Assembly: GCA_041395945.1 (NCBI GenBank)
Contig: JAWKZN010000001.1
Coordinates: 2,684,403 to 2,748,402, forward strand
Direction of reading: 5' to 3'
DNA length: 64,000 nucleotides
Source of the DNA: Pseudomonadales bacterium
Lineage (GTDB): Bacteria; Pseudomonadota; Gammaproteobacteria; Pseudomonadales; Azotimanducaceae
Shown here: piece by piece, positions 9,601 to 15,537 of the stretch
How positions within the stretch are numbered: position 1 is the first letter of the stretch
Layout of the letters: each line of letters starts with the position of its first letter
Made by a program: the position numbers and the translations under genes
Notes under the pieces: generated by a model
What the model was told of the DNA's origin: nothing
Databases searched by the model: none
Seen by the model: only the letters and a program-made list of their open reading frames with translations

Positions 9601-10706
9601 AGAACCTGAACTTCAACGGTATCGATCAGCCCGCTGTCGAGATCCGCATCCTGATCCATGACATCGATGAATATGGGGTCACCGCTCTTGAAGAGACTGC
9701 CGGTGCGCAGGTCGATGCTGCCGGGTACTGTCAGCGTAGTACCTGTGAAAGTCACCGGTATCGGCAGGTCGCTGTAGCCTGCTCCGGCATCACATTGCGC
9801 TGTACCCACAGTCACAGAACCCGCACCAGCACCGGGAGCGGAGGCCTGCAGAAGAACGAGAGTCGCATCACCCGGCGCACCACCCCCGGGGGGTGTCGCG
9901 GTCAGCGTGAAGGTCTGCATAAATGTCAGGCCACCGCTGTCCGTGGCGGTGACAGTTACGGTGACACTGGTACCCAGCGGCAGGCTTTCTGTATCGAGAA
10001 GTTTGAGCATGCTGCCGACGATTTCGAATCGTGAATCGTCCACCCCGAAGCTGTGGCTGTCGCCGCTGTCCGGATCGCTTACCACCAGAGTACCCACTGG
10101 TGCACCCGGAGTGCTGGCGTCAAACCCCGTACTCGAAAGGGTTAGCGCCGTGGGCGCTTCGTTCAGGTCGTTGACCGTGATGGACAGATTGACCAGGCGC
10201 GACGCACCTGCGGAATCTGTGACAAGCACAGCAACAGTGGTCAGTGGCGTGGCTTCGAAATCCAGCGTAAATCCGGTCGCGAGCCGGAGTTCGTTGCCAA
10301 CGATCTCGAAATTCGGATCGCTGGTGGAGAATGTGTGGCTGTCAGCCGGGTCGAGATCGAAGGCACTGAGCAGGCCAATGGCACCTGCGGTGTTTTCATC
10401 GATGTCTGCCGGATCGACCGCCGCGCCGTAGGGGGCGCTGTTGCCGGCGGCGGGATCAGTGATGAGGGTGCTGCCGGCACTGACCGAGTAGTCTGTGCCG
10501 CCCACCTGATAGCTGGCCGTGGCAAGGTTGGTGAAAGGTGTGTTGGGCGGAATCGCCCAGCTTTCGCCAGAAATCACCGCCCACGCGAGCAGGCCGGCGC
10601 AGAGCAGCCTTTCGGCCACACTGCGCAGACCCAGTAACGCAGATGGCGGACGCTGCTTGCGCTGCGTCCGCCCTCCGCGTTCCGCTCTCGTGTTCGGAAC
10701 TGGCAT
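3666..10706 (-). CDS. giant (2,346 aa) secreted multidomain protein P4: signal peptide, two cadherin-like repeats, two ~280-aa duplicated modules, DUF11-type and CarboxypepD_reg/SdrD-B-like Ig folds, a Big_1-like domain and a C-terminal ~800-aa beta-barrel-like region
   Basis: 7,041-nt ORF. Features seen: signal-like N-terminus ([18 protein letters not shown]); cadherin signatures ([20 protein letters not shown]); DUF11 signature ([35 protein letters not shown]); CarboxypepD_reg-like segment ([32 protein letters not shown]); Big_1-like segment ([26 protein letters not shown]). The last ~800 aa have alternating-hydrophobic strand patterns rich in Y/G/D/R ([39 protein letters not shown]). Confidence 0.85.
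   Translation of the reverse strand: [2346 protein letters not shown]
8106..9821 (-). repeat. tandem internal duplication (2 x ~280 codons) inside the giant gene
   Basis: Protein segments aa ~296-572 and ~592-867 align along their whole length: QC.(A/D)G..., TVPG, GD.IF, D.D.DLD, ETG/ETA..S..F.GYLQT, DC.L, G.YR, RFPS, ALPG.PY.L..GSRG..FTV. Confidence 0.7.
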
Positions 10707-10728
10707 CAGTATTTCAGGATTCGATCAA

Positions 10729-12081
10729 TCAGTTGACCGTTTCCACCGTCACGAAGTAGGCAATGAAGCCATCTTCTCCTGCTGCGCAGTCACCAAAGGC
10801 GACGTCCACTTCCAGCTGGGGGAAGTTGGCGTCTGCGCCGTTCTGGGTACCCGCGGTATAGGGCAGGTCGGTACCGAAGCCCGCGCAGTTCTCGCGGTGT
10901 ACCAGATCGAGATCAGTTACGCCCGTAAGCGAGAATGTGGCGTTCACGACTGGAATTCCGGTGTCGAGGTCGAAAGTCACCGAGGCGGGCACGTTCACTG
11001 CTGCTGCACCCGTATTCCCTTCGTCGACAGGCTCGGTGAGCAGAAGGCCCACATCCGGGATGTCGTCGGTGATCTGCAGGGACTGGGCTGTGAAGGTGGT
11101 GTCGTTGTTACGCACACCGACCACATAGAGGATCACGGCACCGGGGATCGCCTTGGGTTCCACACCCGCATTCAAAGCACCTGCGCCGTCGTAGCGGTTG
11201 CCGCTGATCGGGTCATAGATGACCTCGGCAAATTTTGCGACCAGTATGTTCACACCCTGGACTACGAAGCCCGAGCTGTCCGAATTCTGACCGTTGCTGG
11301 CCACATCAGCGCCTGCCACAACGGCGAAGGCGAAGAAGTTGTAGCGCAGGTCTTCACTGTTGGCAGATGAGCCATCACGGAACACGGTTTCCACCGCAGC
11401 GGTGTTCGGGTTGTTGGTCCCGGCCTGGCCGGGCGAAGCATTACCGCTGTCGTCCGCGGCAATCGCAGCACCCCCCGTGGCAACCGCTGCAACCAGGGTA
11501 TAGGTCGCATAGTCGTCCGCGGCAGCAGTGCCCGGGACCTCGACGACAAGCACCAGTTCGATGGTGTCGTCTTCGATGACCGCGGGCAGGCTGTAGATAC
11601 CGTTGCCGTCCGGGACCAGCACCGTGTCGACACCGTCGTCGTAGAGCTGGTTGGCGTTGGCATCAATCGCCAGAGTCAGGGTCACCTCATCGAAGAAGGT
11701 TCCGCCCACCGGCGAAAAGGTGTTCACCTGGGTGGCATTCTGATCGACGATGGCCAGGACGATATCCGACGCCGCGTTGGAGGTGTTGGTCACTGTGTAG
11801 TTCGCAGCTGGCACTCCCGAGAGAGTGGCGTACTGCTGACCTGCGGTGACGGTTACCCAGTTCGCATCGGTCGCGGTGACGTCCACCGCAAGAGCACGGT
11901 CCACCTGGAAACTGACAGCGTCGATCAACTGCGGCTGGGCGCCACCGTTGACGCTGTAGTTCAGCGTGACCGAATTGGTTACCGTAGTGCCTGCATCGGT
12001 ACCGATAGCCAGCACCGGCATCGCGCCGGATATGGCCAGAGCGGCGAGGGCCGTTCTGCAGGTGCGTTTGAAGTACTGCAT
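10729..12081 (-). CDS. secreted DUF11-type repeat protein P3 (450 aa)
   Basis: ATG 12081 preceded by an AAGGAA RBS. Signal peptide MQYFKRTCRTALAALAISGAMPVLA. T/V/N/D/G-rich beta-type composition. DUF11-like segment GAVILYVVGVRNNDTTFTAQSLQITDDIPD. Its stop lies 22 nt before the giant gene start. Confidence 0.8.
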   Translation of the reverse strand: MQYFKRTCRTALAALAISGAMPVLAIGTDAGTTVTNSVTLNYSVNGGAQPQLIDAVSFQVDRALAVDVTATDANWVTVTAGQQYATLSGVPAANYTVTNTSNAASDIVLAIVDQNATQVNTFSPVGGTFFDEVTLTLAIDANANQLYDDGVDTVLVPDGNGIYSLPAVIEDDTIELVLVVEVPGTAAADDYATYTLVAAVATGGAAIAADDSGNASPGQAGTNNPNTAAVETVFRDGSSANSEDLRYNFFAFAVVAGADVASNGQNSDSSGFVVQGVNILVAKFAEVIYDPISGNRYDGAGALNAGVEPKAIPGAVILYVVGVRNNDTTFTAQSLQITDDIPDVGLLLTEPVDEGNTGAAAVNVPASVTFDLDTGIPVVNATFSLTGVTDLDLVHRENCAGFGTDLPYTAGTQNGADANFPQLEVDVAFGDCAAGEDGFIAYFVTVETVN

Positions 12082-12120
12082 TGCTAGTTCCTTTTCTTCA
12101 GTGCGTTAGTTACGAGAGAG

Positions 12121-12627
12121 TCACTTGAGTCGAACATTGAAGGTGACGAACCCTTCTTCCGACGGAGCAAGCTCCGGCAGAAACGTCCAGCGGATGGCCT
12201 GGTAGTCCTTCGCAGAGGCGACGACTTCCTCACCATTCAGCAGAACCGTCAGCGCTTCGGGCACATCGAAATGCACGCCGTCCACCGAGAAGAGAATCTC
12301 GGTGCCGGCGCCGAAAGCGCTCCCTTCCAGATACTCCGTGTCGGCAGGTACCGGATTGGTGATCACGACGCTCCCCGCATCGATCGCTTCCGTGCCCCGG
12401 TTGCGGAAGCGGATCGAATAGCGCAGCTCGTCTCCCGGCACGACGCGGTCCGCGTCGACCAGGCGCCGCTCTACCGCGCCCGCTTCGTTAACAAAGGCTT
12501 CCACCTTCTTCACAGAGTTTTCGAGCTTCACTTCCGCCGCTGCCGAAACAGCAAGGAGGAGGCTCAAGGTGGCAACCATGGAGCAGGCCAGTTTCCGCGC
12601 CGTGTTGCGTGTCTGTGCTTGCGTCAT
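12121..12627 (-). CDS. small secreted single-domain DUF11 (TIGR01451 conserved repeat) protein P2 (168 aa)
   Basis: Internal ATG 12627 of ORF 12121..12837 has a strong RBS (AGGAGAA) and starts a signal peptide ([31 protein letters not shown]). Canonical DUF11 motif [39 protein letters not shown]. Confidence 0.8.
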   Translation of the reverse strand: MTQAQTRNTARKLACSMVATLSLLLAVSAAAEVKLENSVKKVEAFVNEAGAVERRLVDADRVVPGDELRYSIRFRNRGTEAIDAGSVVITNPVPADTEYLEGSAFGAGTEILFSVDGVHFDVPEALTVLLNGEEVVASAKDYQAIRWTFLPELAPSEEGFVTFNVRLK

Positions 12628-12667
12628 CTCTTTTCTCCTGTGTGTGTTGTCCGGCTGACGCCGGTTC

Positions 12668-13774
12668 TCATCTAATGGCGGCATCAAAGGTGATGCTGAT
12701 CGCAGGCGAACCCCCGGTGATAACACCGAGGGTCGCCTGGATCGTCTGGGTCCCGGCATTGAAGCCGGTGTTATCCGTTCCGGCAGGTGCGAAGTCGTCG
12801 TCCGCATCCTCGCCGGGCGGCAGCGCCGACACCGCAAGGGTGCCGGGCTGGTATTCGAGTTCGACCGGAATAGCGTCGGTAATGACCAGGCTCTCGGCGT
12901 CGCCTGTGCCGGTCACACTCACATCGATCTGATAGGTGATCACCGAGCCCGGCACGAGGGTGGTACCGCCAAATGGATCCACGATCAGAACGGCGGTTTT
13001 GGTGATGTTCACGACCGCCGCGCTGACCTGGTATCGCCCTTCCGCGCGGATCAGCAGATTGGCGGTATCGTGGCTCGTGCCGACCACAGCGGTGACGTTG
13101 CCACCACCAGACTCTCTGGGATCTCCGCCGCCAGCATAGCTGGTGCCTGCAGGCGGGAAGGCAGGGTTGGCGGGATCATCCGTGCCGGCGTTGCTGTAGA
13201 GGGTCAGACTCACTGCCCGCAGCTGTACGGCGCCCTGTTCGTTGGCCGGATGGGCGCCGATGCTGCTTTCCACGTAGACGATCAGCGAGGCATCCTCGGC
13301 GAGCAGCGGATCGTTCGCGCCCGCGACATAAGCGGTGTCATCGCCGATCTGCAGGCCGGCTATCGAGTTACTTTCGAGGTAGATCTGGACCAGTGCGGGA
13401 TCGAAGTCGTCACCGCCTACCCCATTGTCGGCGATCAGCCGGAATGTTTCGGATCCGTTACCGTTGTTGGTCAGCGTGAACTGCAGAATGGCACTCGCCT
13501 GACCGGCACTGACGCCGACCGGCCCCGCATCGTTGCTGACCACCACCGCGTTGAGCAGTTCGTCCACGAAAGTCTGACTGGGAAGGCTGATCACCGGGGT
13601 CTGGGGCACGCCGCCGATCTCGAAGCTCGCCTGGGCAGAATTGAGGATTTCGCGCCCGGCATCGGTACCCAATGCCTGCGAATTGGCACTCACTCCCAGT
13701 GTGAGTAACAGCGCGAACGCCAGATAAGTGACGCGTGCGACGCGATTGCGTCGCGAGCAATGGCTCGATTTCAT
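12668..13774 (-). CDS. secreted DUF11-type protein P1 (368 aa), first gene of the operon
   Basis: Internal ATG 13774 of ORF 12668..14044 starts a signal peptide ([34 protein letters not shown]). C-terminal DUF11 motif [36 protein letters not shown]. The upstream in-frame extension looks non-coding (Cys/Trp/Arg-rich). Confidence 0.75.
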   Translation of the reverse strand: MKSSHCSRRNRVARVTYLAFALLLTLGVSANSQALGTDAGREILNSAQASFEIGGVPQTPVISLPSQTFVDELLNAVVVSNDAGPVGVSAGQASAILQFTLTNNGNGSETFRLIADNGVGGDDFDPALVQIYLESNSIAGLQIGDDTAYVAGANDPLLAEDASLIVYVESSIGAHPANEQGAVQLRAVSLTLYSNAGTDDPANPAFPPAGTSYAGGGDPRESGGGNVTAVVGTSHDTANLLIRAEGRYQVSAAVVNITKTAVLIVDPFGGTTLVPGSVITYQIDVSVTGTGDAESLVITDAIPVELEYQPGTLAVSALPPGEDADDDFAPAGTDNTGFNAGTQTIQATLGVITGGSPAISITFDAAIR

Positions 13775-14010
13775 GGCAGTACCTGGCCTCGTTGTCTGGT
13801 CAATCCTCAACCAAAACAGATGTTTACCTGTTGCGAAGGGCCAATCCGTGATCTGCGTCATATCTGCCGGAAATTTGGCACGAAGGCGCACCGGTGCTGA
13901 ACCGGCAGCGCAACTGGCGGGGGATTGGCTGTAAATCTTCACAAGGGCGGCAATTCGGTGACACATCACCCCGCAAAAGGGGCAAGGGTCGTGCCAAAGG
14001 AGGGCGGTGC

Positions 14011-14070
14011 CGGAAATCCGTCGCTGCCGGGGCGTCCAGGCCACAGGGCGCGTGGCCCGACGGATTTCCG
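14011..14070. other. nested perfect inverted repeat (compound hairpin) between yheU and the P1 operon
   Basis: Outer arms CGGAAATCCGTCG (14011-14023) / CGACGGATTTCCG (14058-14070). Inner arms GGCCAC / GTGGCC (14039-14057). A further 7-bp hairpin GCGTCAG-AATG-CTGACGC lies at 14089-14106. No U-tract follows any of them. Confidence 0.4.
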
Positions 14071-14160
14071 CGGCGGCCAGTCAGGGTGGCGTCAGAATGC
14101 TGACGCTAACGCTGCAGGTCCGAATGTGGCATGGAGGGGATTGACGGGTGACGAAATCTG

Positions 14161-14385
14161 TCAGGTTTCGCGACGGTTTTTTGACACCGGCCGGATGTCG
14201 ACGCTGTCGGTTTCCGGATCAAAGTCGATCTCCGCCTCGCCGCGGCGCAGCTGACGTCGCACCTGCTCGCATTTGCGCTCGAGGTCATGTTCCGAAGGCC
14301 CGTACTCGGTGCCTTCGCGCAGCACAAAAGACTCGATGATCCCGGCCAGCGCTGCCTCGGTGAGCGTCTCCAGAGGAATTTTCAT
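14161..14385 (-). CDS. yheU: YheU family protein (UPF0270)
   Basis: Internal ATG 14385 gives MKIPLETLTEAALAGIIESFVLREGTEYG..., which matches the YheU signature IESFVLREGT(D/E)YG as recalled from E. coli YheU. Confidence 0.85.
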   Translation of the reverse strand: MKIPLETLTEAALAGIIESFVLREGTEYGPSEHDLERKCEQVRRQLRRGEAEIDFDPETDSVDIRPVSKNRRET

Positions 14386-14576
14386 GCCACTCCCGACCGG
14401 CAGAGGATTTACACCACCCCGATCATCGCCCGGTGGCTCAGGATGGCTGAAGGACGACCAGACCACCGCCAAACAGTGACGCAGGCCGCATACCTGTACT
14501 GAAGCTTTCGATTCTATCTTGAATTTGCCTGGCCAAGGTGCGTTACTTATCGAGCTGAATCAGTAGTTTAGTGACG

Positions 14577-14599
14577 TTCCATCAGGGTATTCCATCAGG
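14577..14599. promoter_or_regulatory. direct repeat TTCCATCAGG x2 (13-bp phase) in the lower-GC region upstream of the response-regulator gene; candidate regulator binding site
   Basis: TTCCATCAGG occurs at 14577-14586 and 14590-14599, about 85-105 nt upstream of ATG 14683. The surrounding 14500-14640 region is visibly less GC-rich than its flanks. Confidence 0.3.
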
Positions 14600-14682
14600 A
14601 TAAGGAACCGCTTTGCGACTGGACAGGGCAGGACAGGACGGCGCGCTACGAAAGGACCGCGCTCCAAAAGGACAAGACAACC

Positions 14683-15390
14683 ATGGCCGAACAGGATCAC
14701 ATACTCGTCGTCGAAGACGAACCCATCACCCGTAAACAGCTCGTCTCCTATCTGGAGGACGAAGGCTTCAAAGTCACCTCCACCGCATCAGGGGATGATG
14801 TGCTGAAGCTGTTGACCGAGAAGGACATCATTCTGGTCCTGCTCGACATCAAGCTCCCCGGTAAGGATGGTCTCACGCTCACCCGCGAGATTCGCGCCCA
14901 GTCGGACATGGGCATCATTCTTGTGACAAGCAAGCAGGAACAGATCGATCGGATTCTCGGACTCGAAAGCGGCGCAGACGACTATGTGACCAAGCCCTTC
15001 GATCCCCGCGAACTGCTCAGCCGTGCCCGCAATCTCATCCGCCGGGTCCACATCCAGCAGAAGCAGCGCCGCAAGAACCACATCCGAAATTTCGAAGGCT
15101 GGCAGCTCGACCTCAACAAGCGTGAGCTGACCGCCCCGGACGGCACCAAGGCCACTCTGTCGGCCGGCGAATACCAGCTGCTGCTGGCCTTTATGGAAAA
15201 AGCCGGTGAAGTCATGAACCGCGATCAGCTCATGAACCGCATCCGCAACCGGGAATGGTTTCCGGACGATCGCTACATCGATGTGCTGGTCGGTCAGCTG
15301 CGCAAGAAGCTGGGTGAGCGCGCGGCCAACGCCAAGATCATCGCGACGATCCATGGCACGGGATACCTGTTCACACCGGAAGTGGTCTGA
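14683..15390 (+). CDS. OmpR/PhoB-family response regulator (ArcA/TorR-like)
   Basis: Receiver motifs (ILVVEDEP, LVLLDIKLPGKDG, GADDYVTKPFDPRELLSRARNLIRR) plus a winged-helix C-terminus (IATIHGTGYLF). Confidence 0.95.
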   Translation: MAEQDHILVVEDEPITRKQLVSYLEDEGFKVTSTASGDDVLKLLTEKDIILVLLDIKLPGKDGLTLTREIRAQSDMGIILVTSKQEQIDRILGLESGADDYVTKPFDPRELLSRARNLIRRVHIQQKQRRKNHIRNFEGWQLDLNKRELTAPDGTKATLSAGEYQLLLAFMEKAGEVMNRDQLMNRIRNREWFPDDRYIDVLVGQLRKKLGERAANAKIIATIHGTGYLFTPEVV

Positions 15391-15537
15391 ACGGTATCGC
15401 GACCCTTCGGATCGCGCTGACAGCTCCAGCCGATTGATCGCGGCCGCCGGTCTGGCGAAGACAGTGATCAGACCGGTCAAAGTTTCTGTCAGGCTGCAGC
15501 ACAGACTGCTTCCCGGGGGTCGGGATCGGGGAATCCG

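Noticed and set aside
13876-13890. Sigma-54-like TGGCACG-N-GC element near the P1 upstream region
   Set aside because: The spacing to the GC element is off by one. It is also on the plus strand, pointing away from the P1-P4 operon.
13775-14044. Long N-terminal extensions of track ORFs (P1 to 14044, P2 to 12837, ABC ATPase to 53720, tesA from 28575, LolA-like to 58271, TetR from 58018, yaaA from 31644, lepB from 32779)
   Set aside because: In each case an internal start gives a signal peptide or the canonical N-terminus, and in several cases a good RBS. The extensions are Arg/Cys/Pro-rich, overlap neighbouring genes, or do both.
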